Below are positions 44,147 to 52,059 of a stretch of 64,000 bases of DNA, piece by piece (the stretch's first letter is position 1; the number at the start of each line of letters is the position of its first letter). The notes beneath the pieces were generated by a model. That model was not told the DNA's origin, did no database searches, and saw only the letters and a program-made list of their open reading frames with translations. Source of the DNA: an uncultured Actinomycetes bacterium (GTDB lineage: Bacteria > Chloroflexota > Dormibacteria > Aeolococcales > Aeolococcaceae); contig CAZCJX010000001.1 in assembly GCA_964499205.1 (NCBI GenBank), forward strand, positions 52,969-116,968. Direction: 5' to 3'. A program made the position numbers and the translations under genes.

Positions 44147-45529
44147 TTGTTCCCCCTCGACGCTCAGCGCGATCCCTGGGAACCCGACGCGCCAGCCCTC
44201 AAGGAGTCCGGCCGCGAGGAGGACCGGGCGGCTGAGGGCGAGCGCTCCGTCGAGGAGCTGCGCCGCGGCAGCCTGCGCGCCTACCTGCGCCTGCTCGGCC
44301 CAGGCCTGACCAGCGGCGGCAGCGACGACGACCCCAGCGCCATCGCCACCTTCACCCAGGCGGGCAGCGGCTTCGGCTTCGGCCTGCTCTGGACGGCGCT
44401 CTTCACCTTCCCGCTGATGGCCGCGGTGCAGGAGGCGTGCGCGCGCATCGCCCTGCAGACCGGAGTCGGGCTCGGCGCGTCATTGCGGCGGCGCTTTCCG
44501 GTGTGGCTGGTGGGGATTCTCGTCGTCGGGCTGGCCGTCTCCAACCTGATCACCCTGAGCGCAGATCTCGGTGCCGTGGCCGCGGGCCTCGCGTTGCTGG
44601 CACGCGGCCGCGTCGACCCGCTGTGGCTGGTGATACCGGTTGCCGCAGCGCTGCTCGCCCTGCAGTTCCGCGCCACCTTCGAGGTGATCTTCAACGTCTT
44701 CAAATGGCTGACGCTGTCGCTCTTCGCCTACGTCATCGCCGGCGTGCTGGCCCACCCCGACGGTCTCGCCGTGCTGCGCGCCACCGTGGTTCCCCATCTC
44801 GACCGCACGCCGCAATTCCTGCTCACCCTCGCCGCGGTGTTCGGCACCGCCTTCTCGCCGTACATCTTCTTCTGGCAGGGCTCGATGGAGATCACCGAGC
44901 TGGAGGTGCGCGGCCGTCGCAGCGAGGCGCAGCGCCGGGATGTCGACGATCGATACATCCACGCCGCGCGCGCGGACGTCTTCACCGGCATGTTCTTCGC
45001 CCAGCTGGTGATGTACTTCGTCATCCTCACCACGGGCGCGGTCCTGCACACCCACGGCGTCACCGGCGTGAGCAGCGCCGAGCAGGCCGCGCGTGCCCTG
45101 CAACCGGTCGCCGGGCCCGGCGCGTTCCTCCTCTTCTCCCTGGGATTCGTCGGCGCGGGAATGCTCGCCGTTCCCGTCCTCGCCGCGTCCACCGCGTACG
45201 CGGTCAAGGAGTGCATGGGCTTCGGCGGCAGCCTGGAGGTGAAGCCGCGCGCCGCGCCGCGCTTCTACGCCATCATCGTGGTGGCCATGGTCATCGGCGC
45301 GGGGCTCAACGCGCTCCACGTCGACCTGATCCAGGCGCTGGTGGTGGCCTCGGCGGTGAGCGGCGCCGTCGCCGCCCCGCTGATCATCGCCATCACGGTT
45401 CTCGGCGGCGACCGCCGGATGATGGGTGAACGCACCAGCGGTCGCCTCAGCCGGACCCTCACCTGGACCGCCGGAGTGTTGATGACCGCCATCGCGGCGG
45501 CGTGGATCGTCAGCCCGATCCTGCACTAG
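44147..45529 (+). CDS. Nramp-related divalent cation transporter with a non-canonical metal site (NRMT-like)
   Basis: Aligns by eye with MntH. [24 protein letters not shown] corresponds to GSDDDPSAIATFTQAGSGFGFGLLW, and GATIMPHVIYLHS corresponds to GTAFSPYIFFWQGS. TTG start is uncertain. Confidence 0.8.
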   Translation: MFPLDAQRDPWEPDAPALKESGREEDRAAEGERSVEELRRGSLRAYLRLLGPGLTSGGSDDDPSAIATFTQAGSGFGFGLLWTALFTFPLMAAVQEACARIALQTGVGLGASLRRRFPVWLVGILVVGLAVSNLITLSADLGAVAAGLALLARGRVDPLWLVIPVAAALLALQFRATFEVIFNVFKWLTLSLFAYVIAGVLAHPDGLAVLRATVVPHLDRTPQFLLTLAAVFGTAFSPYIFFWQGSMEITELEVRGRRSEAQRRDVDDRYIHAARADVFTGMFFAQLVMYFVILTTGAVLHTHGVTGVSSAEQAARALQPVAGPGAFLLFSLGFVGAGMLAVPVLAASTAYAVKECMGFGGSLEVKPRAAPRFYAIIVVAMVIGAGLNALHVDLIQALVVASAVSGAVAAPLIIAITVLGGDRRMMGERTSGRLSRTLTWTAGVLMTAIAAAWIVSPILH

Positions 45530-45547
45530 CGCCGCTGAGCCGCGGCG
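45530..45547 (+). terminator. 6-bp stem hairpin immediately after the Nramp-related stop codon
   Basis: CGCCGC-tgagcc-GCGGCG, no U-tract. Confidence 0.25.
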
Positions 45548-45669
45548 GCCCTGGCACCCCCAAGGTCCTCGCCACTCCGTGCCCGCCGACCCTGGTGCTC
45601 CGCGGCTCGCTGGGGCACACTCGGCGTATTCGCCCGGCGTCCCCATGCAGCGGCGGCACAGGTGCAGCG

Positions 45670-45921
45670 ATGGCGTTTGCGACTCCCGTTCCGACCACGG
45701 GCGGACGACCCGCCGAGTACGATCCCGCCCTCCCCGACTGGGACCACATGCTGGCCCACGTCGACGTGCTCATCGACCGCCGGCGCATCGGCCCGATGTG
45801 CTTCGAGGACGCCGTCGGCTTCACCCACGCGCTGGTGCGCCTGGGCGTCCCCCCGGCACGGATCCGGCTCGTCCACGCCCGGCATCCCGCGCCAGCGACT
45901 CGGCAGGCTCCGCAGGCATAG
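45670..45921 (+). CDS. hypothetical small protein (83 aa)
   Basis: ATG 45670. Coding-like GC3. Ends 5 nt before the capA-like start. No family recognised. Confidence 0.3.
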   Translation: MAFATPVPTTGGRPAEYDPALPDWDHMLAHVDVLIDRRRIGPMCFEDAVGFTHALVRLGVPPARIRLVHARHPAPATRQAPQA

Positions 45922-45926
45922 CAGCG

Positions 45927-46931
45927 ATGAAGCTGCTGCTCGTCGGTGACGTCATGCTGGGCCGGCTGGTCGACGATGCCCTGCGCACCGAGAGCTCGCG
46001 GTTCGTCTGGGGTGACACCCGCCCGCTGTTCGACGAGGCGGACTGCCGCATCTGCAACCTCGAATGCTGCATCGCCGTGCATCCCGGCGCGCCGCCCGAG
46101 GCCAAGACCTTCCGCTTCGTCTCCGCGCCCGGCAACGTCGCGGTGCTGCGTGCGGCGCACATCGACGCCGTGTCGATCGCCAACAACCACGCCCTCGACG
46201 GCGGGCGGCCCGCCGTGGTGGAGATGACCCGGCTGCTCGACGACGCGGGCATCGCCCATGCCGGTGCAGGGCCGGACGCGGCGTCGTCGCGCCGGCCCGC
46301 GATCGTCCGCCGGGCCGGGATGCGCGTCGCCCTGCTGGCGTGCACCGACAACGAGCCGGCGTGGGAGGCGCACCACAGGCAGGCGGGCGTGTTCCACGTG
46401 CCGACCGACGTGGACGATCCGCGCGCGCGCGTCCTGCTCGACTGCGTCTGGTGCGTCCAGGAGTCGGCCGACCTGGTGGTCGTCTCGCTGCACTGGGGCT
46501 CGAATTGGGGACGCTATCCGCCCGCCGAGCATCGCGCCTTCGCGCGTGCGCTGATCGACGCCGGCGCCGACGTCGTCTACGGCCACTCGGCGCACGTGCT
46601 GCGCGGCATCGAGGTGTACCGAGGGAGACCGATCCTCTACGGCACCGGCGACTTCGTCGACGACTACGCCGTCCATCCGGTGGAGCGCAACGACGAGTCG
46701 GCGGTGTTCGTGGTGGAGACCGACGGCGGCGTCCCGTCGCGCGTGCTCGTCTACCCGACGGTGATCGTGTCGCGGCAGGCGCGCCGCGCCGCGGGGGAGC
46801 AGGCGCTGCGCATCGTCACCCGGATGGCGGACCTGTGCGGCCAGCTCGACAGCGAGACGCATCGCAGCACCGGCATGCTCGAGGTTCCCGTCGCCACCGC
46901 GCGCCGGCGCGGCGCGCGCGCTCTGCCCTAA
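45927..46931 (+). CDS. CapA-family (poly-gamma-glutamate synthesis-like) metallophosphoesterase
   Basis: MKLLLVGDVMLGR, NLEC, ANNHALD, SLHWG and GHSAHV motifs characteristic of the CapA/PGA_cap family. Confidence 0.8.
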   Translation: MKLLLVGDVMLGRLVDDALRTESSRFVWGDTRPLFDEADCRICNLECCIAVHPGAPPEAKTFRFVSAPGNVAVLRAAHIDAVSIANNHALDGGRPAVVEMTRLLDDAGIAHAGAGPDAASSRRPAIVRRAGMRVALLACTDNEPAWEAHHRQAGVFHVPTDVDDPRARVLLDCVWCVQESADLVVVSLHWGSNWGRYPPAEHRAFARALIDAGADVVYGHSAHVLRGIEVYRGRPILYGTGDFVDDYAVHPVERNDESAVFVVETDGGVPSRVLVYPTVIVSRQARRAAGEQALRIVTRMADLCGQLDSETHRSTGMLEVPVATARRRGARALP

Positions 46932-46943
46932 CGGCCTCAGACG

Positions 46944-47297
46944 TCACGACCAGATGTACTCCTCGGCGATGGCGCCGTTGCTCCACCGGGCGACGGTCAC
47001 CATGCGGCCGCCCCCCGCGAACTCGCCCACAACACACGTCCACTCACCCGATCCGAACTTGATCGGGTGCGACGTGATCTGAGGCACCTTTCCTCCAGCG
47101 GACTCCACGTAGGCCTTCATGGCGGCGATGTGCTCCTCGATGCCATGGGTCACCGGTTGGCCCTTCCAATCGACGAGCACGTCGTCGGTGTGGTGACGGG
47201 CGAACACGCCGTGCCAGTCGGCGTGATTCCAACCGATGAAGTCGAGGTCGTCCATGCCCTGGAGGTTGGCGGAAACCTGGTCGTCGTTCATCTGCAT
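46944..47297 (-). CDS. SnoaL/NTF2-like (ester cyclase-like) protein
   Basis: ATG 47297 after GGAGGTG. 117 aa with DDVLVDW.G....G...H...MK typical of the SnoaL-like fold. This is the C-terminal tail of a spurious 578-aa ORF. Confidence 0.7.
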   Translation of the reverse strand: MQMNDDQVSANLQGMDDLDFIGWNHADWHGVFARHHTDDVLVDWKGQPVTHGIEEHIAAMKAYVESAGGKVPQITSHPIKFGSGEWTCVVGEFAGGGRMVTVARWSNGAIAEEYIWS

Positions 47298-47570
47298 CAC
47301 CTCCTGGTCGCCGCGTGGGTGGGTCTGCCGACGACCGGGTCTGCCATTCTGCGAACCGTCCACCTGCCTGACCAGGGCCATTCGACCTGCATTGACGAGC
47401 CGCGCCGTCACCGAGGACCGATGGCACTCCGGCCACGGGTCCAACGCCACTGGCTGCGCCGTACGCGGTGGCCGAGCATGGACCGGACGGCGGTGATCGG
47501 TGGTTCGAGGTACGGGCACATGGCAGTGATGACAGAGTCCACGACGCGTGGCAGGACGGGGACGGGGAGC

Positions 47571-48623
47571 ATGCGCGCCTTCGTCATCGCCGGACCGGGC
47601 GAGACGGCGGTGGTGGAGAAGCCGATTCCCGAGCCGGGGCCGGACGAGGCGGTGGTGCGGACCACCGCGGCGCTGGTCTGCACCTCCGACGTGCACACCG
47701 TGCGCGGCGCCATCGCCGTGCCGGCGGGCCGCACCCTGGGGCACGAGTCGGTCGGGGTGATCCACAGCGTGGGCGCGGCGGTCCGCGGCTTCTCGCCGGG
47801 CGAGCGGGTCGCCGTCGGCGCGATCACGCCCTGCTTCCGCTGCGAGTTCTGCCAGCGCGGCTTCACCTCGCAGTGCCAGGGCATGCTCGGCGGCTACAAG
47901 TACACGACGCAGATCGACGGCAACATGGCCGAGTACTTCGTGGTGCCGGCCGCCGAGGCCAACCTCACCCGCATCCCCGACGATCTGCCCGACGAGAAGG
48001 CGGTGTACGCCTGCGACATGCTCTCCACCGGCTTCGTCGGCGTGGAGCACGCCGAGCTGCTCTTCGGCGAGACGGTGGCGATCTTCGCCCAGGGTCCGGT
48101 CGGGCTCGCCGCCACCATCGGGTGCAAGCTGATGGGAGCGGGCCTGATCATCGCCGTCGAGTCGGTGCCCAACCGCCAGGAGCTGGCGCGCCGCTTCGGC
48201 GCCGACGTGGTGGTCGACCACACCAAGGGCGATCCCGTCGAGCAGATCCTTGCCCTCACCGGTGGCAAGGGCGTCGACGCCGCCATCGAGGCGTTCGGCT
48301 TCCCGCAGACCTTCGAGGCGGCGATCTGGGCGACCAAGCCGGGCGGCCGCATCTCCAACATCGGCTACCACGGCGAGAATCCCGCGCCGCTGCAGATCCC
48401 GCTGGCGCCCTTCGGCATGGGCATGTCCGACAAGAGCATCCGCACCGGGCTGTGCCCCGGCGGCAGCGAGCGGCTCGGCCGTCTCCTGCGCCTGATGGAG
48501 ACGGGCAAGGTCGATCCCACGCCGATGACCACGCACCGCTTCGGCTTCGATCAGATCGCGACGGCGTTCGCGATGATGACCACCAAGGCGGACGGCATCA
48601 TCAAGCCGCTGATCACCTTCTGA
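47571..48623 (+). CDS. Zn-dependent NADP secondary-alcohol dehydrogenase-like MDR (TbADH type)
   Basis: ATG 47571 after GGGGAG. CTSDVHT, GHESVGVI, FAQGPVGL. Confidence 0.85.
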   Translation: MRAFVIAGPGETAVVEKPIPEPGPDEAVVRTTAALVCTSDVHTVRGAIAVPAGRTLGHESVGVIHSVGAAVRGFSPGERVAVGAITPCFRCEFCQRGFTSQCQGMLGGYKYTTQIDGNMAEYFVVPAAEANLTRIPDDLPDEKAVYACDMLSTGFVGVEHAELLFGETVAIFAQGPVGLAATIGCKLMGAGLIIAVESVPNRQELARRFGADVVVDHTKGDPVEQILALTGGKGVDAAIEAFGFPQTFEAAIWATKPGGRISNIGYHGENPAPLQIPLAPFGMGMSDKSIRTGLCPGGSERLGRLLRLMETGKVDPTPMTTHRFGFDQIATAFAMMTTKADGIIKPLITF

Positions 48624-48624
48624 G

Positions 48625-49869
48625 TCAGCGAGACTCCGACACCCGGGCGGCCGGCTGCTCCCGGCCGTCCGGCTGTGCACCGGCCATTCCCAGCGCGGCG
48701 AGGATCGCCTCGGTGTGCTCGCCGAGCAGCGGCGGGGGCAGGTGGATCGACGCCGGCGTGCGCGAGAAGCGCAGCGGGCTGCGCACCAGCGGCAGCGGCC
48801 CCGCGGGGTGATCCACCGTCTGCACCATCTCCACGGCGCGGATGTGCGGGTCGGCGAAGACGTCGCCGATCGAGTTCACCGGCGAGCAGGCCACCCCCGC
48901 GGCGCGGAGCAGCGGCATCCATTCGGCGGCGGTGCGCTGCATCAGCAGCGACTCGACCGCGGCGTCGAGCGCCTCGCGGTTGGCGATGCGGTCGCGATTG
49001 GTGGTGAAACGCGGGTCGTCGAGCAGCGCCGCACCGCCGATCGCGGTGCACAGCTTGGCGAACTGGCCCTCGGTGGTGGCGCCGGCGACGATGCGCCCGT
49101 CGCGGCAGCGGAAGGTGCCGTAGGGCGCGACGTTGGGATGGCGGTTGCCGATGAGTCCGGCTTCGAGCCCGCCGACCAGCAGGTTGCTGGCGTGGTGGGC
49201 GAGCGCGGCGACCGAGCTCTCCAGCAGGGGAACCTCGATGCGCTGGCCGCTGCCGCTCGCCGCGCGCTCGTACAGCGCGGCGGCGATCGCAGTCGCGGCG
49301 TAGAGCCCGCAGACGATGTCGCAGACGGCCACGCCGATCTTCATCGGCCCGCTGGCGGCGTCGCCGGTGATCGACATCATGCCGCTGCGCGCCTGGGCCA
49401 TCACGTCGTAGCCGGGCTCGTTGCCGTCCGGGCCGTCCGAGCCGGCGGCGCGGATCGAGCACCACACCGCGTGGGTGCACTCCTCGGCGAGGCGGTCGAT
49501 TCCCAGAGTTGTGGCCTGCATCGGCAGGAAGTTCTCGACCACCACGTCGGCGCTGCGGGCGAGCCGGCGCACCGCCTCGCGCCCCTGCGCGTCGCGCATG
49601 TCGAGGGCGATGGAACGTCGATTGCGGTTGACGGCGAAGAAGTACGCGGCGTCGTCGCCGTGCCAGGGGGGACCCCAGTGTCGCGTGTCGTCACCGCTGC
49701 CCGGGCGCTCCACCTTGACGACGTCGGCGCCCAGGTCACCGAGGACGCAGGTGCAGAGCGGGCCGGCGAGGACGCGCGAGAGGTCGAGCACGCGCACACC
49801 GGCGAGCGGGCCGGGGCGCGCCTGGTGCGGCCAAGCGTCCGGGTGATCCTCGGGACGGAGGGTGTTCAC
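48625..49869 (-). CDS. family III CoA-transferase (CaiB/BaiF type)
   Basis: GVRVLDLSRVLAGP...GADVVKVERP. The catalytic-Asp region VAVCDIVCGLYAATAIAAALYER is in register with the FRC GDSNSG...LAAL region (alignment from memory). Confidence 0.85.
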   Translation of the reverse strand: MNTLRPEDHPDAWPHQARPGPLAGVRVLDLSRVLAGPLCTCVLGDLGADVVKVERPGSGDDTRHWGPPWHGDDAAYFFAVNRNRRSIALDMRDAQGREAVRRLARSADVVVENFLPMQATTLGIDRLAEECTHAVWCSIRAAGSDGPDGNEPGYDVMAQARSGMMSITGDAASGPMKIGVAVCDIVCGLYAATAIAAALYERAASGSGQRIEVPLLESSVAALAHHASNLLVGGLEAGLIGNRHPNVAPYGTFRCRDGRIVAGATTEGQFAKLCTAIGGAALLDDPRFTTNRDRIANREALDAAVESLLMQRTAAEWMPLLRAAGVACSPVNSIGDVFADPHIRAVEMVQTVDHPAGPLPLVRSPLRFSRTPASIHLPPPLLGEHTEAILAALGMAGAQPDGREQPAARVSESR

Positions 49870-50726
49870 GCCGCGGTGACGGTGTAGGCGAGGTGGGCGA
49901 GGAAGCGTCCGTCCGCGGCGACGGGGGACAGCGACGCCATGCGCAGGGTGGGCCCGGAGCCAGGATGGATGGCATGCTCACTGCACACGAACCACTCGGT
50001 GGCGTAGCGGTGCAGGAGCTGCACCTCGCCGCCGCCCACCATGCTGACCGTCGCCGCCACCGCGTCGCGGATGGCATGGTGGCCGACGGCCACCACGTCG
50101 CGCGGAGGTTCGCCTGCACCACCCGGTGCACAGCGCGCCGCCCAGCGGCAGTCGTCAGTGAGCTCGGCCAGGACGGCGTCGGAGTCGCCCCGGGCGAGTG
50201 CCTCGAACATGCGCTGGTGGCGTCGCACCGCGTCGAGACGGGCGAGCGGCAGGTGCGCATCCTCGCCGCTGGGCGGCTCGGGAAGCCGCGCGCTGCCGCG
50301 GAAGATGTCGACGAAGTCGAAGCGCGTCCACTCCAGCTCGCCGACGATGCCGTCGTCGTCCACAGGGAAGAGCACCGCGGAATGCACCCGGTAGGTGCGG
50401 CCGTCGCCGGGCACGCCTTGGTAGCTGCCCACGTGGCGCACCGTGGCGATGGACTCGTTCATGCCGTACCAGTCGGTGCGGTGCTCGTAGACGCGCGTGG
50501 TGTCGACCACCTCGAAGCCGCCCAGGCGATTCACGTAGTAGTCGTGCACTGCGACGACGTCGGTGAGCACGGTGAAGGGCACGCCGCGCACCAGGATGGG
50601 GAAGAAGGGCGCGCGGCTGACCGTGCCCATGATCACCGCGGGATCGGAGGTGAACTCGGCGTCGACGTGGCGGCGGATGCGCGCATCGGTCGTCTCGATC
50701 GGGGACGGGTCCCGACCCGTGGTCAT
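49866..50726 (-). CDS. hypothetical protein with two NTF2/SnoaL-like halves
   Basis: 286 aa. ATGA overlap with the upstream SBP stop and GTGA overlap with the downstream CoA-transferase start. Fold assignment is tentative. Confidence 0.6.
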   Translation of the reverse strand: MTTGRDPSPIETTDARIRRHVDAEFTSDPAVIMGTVSRAPFFPILVRGVPFTVLTDVVAVHDYYVNRLGGFEVVDTTRVYEHRTDWYGMNESIATVRHVGSYQGVPGDGRTYRVHSAVLFPVDDDGIVGELEWTRFDFVDIFRGSARLPEPPSGEDAHLPLARLDAVRRHQRMFEALARGDSDAVLAELTDDCRWAARCAPGGAGEPPRDVVAVGHHAIRDAVAATVSMVGGGEVQLLHRYATEWFVCSEHAIHPGSGPTLRMASLSPVAADGRFLAHLAYTVTAA

Positions 50727-52045
50727 GCTCCCGCCTTCAACCCCGGCAGGTTGGCCACGCTGCCCACGTAGGTGCCGTCGAGCGGCGCGCTGGCGGTGAT
50801 CACCGACCAGAAGGTCGAGTAGTCGGCCTTGGCCGGCGTGTGGTTGCTGGCGTCGTAGGCGGGGTTGCTGTACGCGTAGAGGCCGCTGACGTTCGCGGTG
50901 CCGATCGACTCCAGCGCCTGGCGCAGCGAGTCGGCCTGTGCGCCGCCCGCCTTGGCGAGGCCCCAGGCGGCGATGTGGGCGAGGTCGGTGGCGAACACCG
51001 AGGCCAGGATGGAGGGCACGTTGGCCTGGTACTTGGTCAGCTGGGTGACATAGGTGTCGAGCGGCGCGTCGAGGCTGTCAGCCTTGCTGCGCATCTGCAC
51101 CTTGGGGACAAGGGCCTTGAACTGCCCGTTGACCTGCGGCGGCACCAGCTTGGAGAGGTCACCGGTCGCGGTGCCGGGCGTGGCCAGTACCTGGACGTTG
51201 TTCCAGCCCAGCTGCTGCACCGCACGCATCGCCGTGCCCAGCGCGCTGGCCGGCGCCTGGAGGATGAGCAGGTCAGCGCCCGACTGCTTGAGCTTGGCGA
51301 CCACCGGAGTGACGTCCTGCGCCGCCGCGTCGAAGCTCTCCTGGTCGGCGATCGGCACGCCCAACCTCTGCATGTCGGCGACGATGGGATCCATCGCGGC
51401 CTTGCCGCCGGCGTCGGCGGTGGTCAGTGTGCCCACCTTCCTGGCGCCCAGCTGCTGCGCCTCGAGCACCATGGCGCGGGCCTGCACCTGGTAGGGGATC
51501 GAGTACATGAAGTTGTACGGGTACTTGGCGGTGTCGCCCAGCGTCGGGTTGCCGCTCTGGGTGAAGGTGAGCACCTTGCGCTGCGTGGTGATCGGCAGCG
51601 AGGCCAGCGCCTCCGCCGAGATCGGGCTGATCTCGACCAGCTCCGCCTTGTCCTTGTCGAGGAGAAGCGTGGTCGCGGTGGCCGCCTTGGCGGGGTTGCT
51701 CTGGTCGTCCTCGACCACCAGCTGCAGCTGATGGCCTCCCGCGCCACCGCGAGCATTGATCTGGTCGATGCCGGTGTGCAGGCCGGCCTCGACGGCCTGG
51801 CCGATGACGCCGAAGCTGCCGCTGATGGGGAGCACCGCGCCGACCACGATCGGCTTGGACGCCGCCGGGGTGCCGTTGTTGCCCGGAGAGCTGCTGCTGC
51901 TGCCGCATGCCGCGATGCAGCCCACCGATCCTGCGACCACCGCGACAACCAATGAACGGCGTTCGACTCCAAGGCGCACGGCGCCACCTCCAACATCGAC
52001 GGGTCCAGGCACCCGGCGTCGGGGAGCCCCCGGGCGCAATGGCAT
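50723..52045 (-). CDS. LivJ-type (type I periplasmic binding protein) ABC substrate-binding lipoprotein, orphan
   Basis: Lipobox CIAAC-GSSSS, followed by IVVGAVLPISGSFGVIGQAVEAGLHTGIDQINARGG, typical of Peripla_BP_6. Start is ATG 52045 or GTG 51979. Confidence 0.8.
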   Translation of the reverse strand: MPLRPGAPRRRVPGPVDVGGGAVRLGVERRSLVVAVVAGSVGCIAACGSSSSSPGNNGTPAASKPIVVGAVLPISGSFGVIGQAVEAGLHTGIDQINARGGAGGHQLQLVVEDDQSNPAKAATATTLLLDKDKAELVEISPISAEALASLPITTQRKVLTFTQSGNPTLGDTAKYPYNFMYSIPYQVQARAMVLEAQQLGARKVGTLTTADAGGKAAMDPIVADMQRLGVPIADQESFDAAAQDVTPVVAKLKQSGADLLILQAPASALGTAMRAVQQLGWNNVQVLATPGTATGDLSKLVPPQVNGQFKALVPKVQMRSKADSLDAPLDTYVTQLTKYQANVPSILASVFATDLAHIAAWGLAKAGGAQADSLRQALESIGTANVSGLYAYSNPAYDASNHTPAKADYSTFWSVITASAPLDGTYVGSVANLPGLKAGA

Positions 52046-52059
52046 TGATTTATATCTTA

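Noticed and set aside
45510-46862. 450-aa minus-strand ORF
   Set aside because: It is antisense to the CapA-like gene, which has unambiguous family motifs. The translation is low-complexity.
46944-48680. 578-aa minus-strand ORF
   Set aside because: Only the last 117 aa (the SnoaL-like domain, with its own GGAGGTG SD and ATG 47297) look real. The rest is antisense to the TbADH-type gene.
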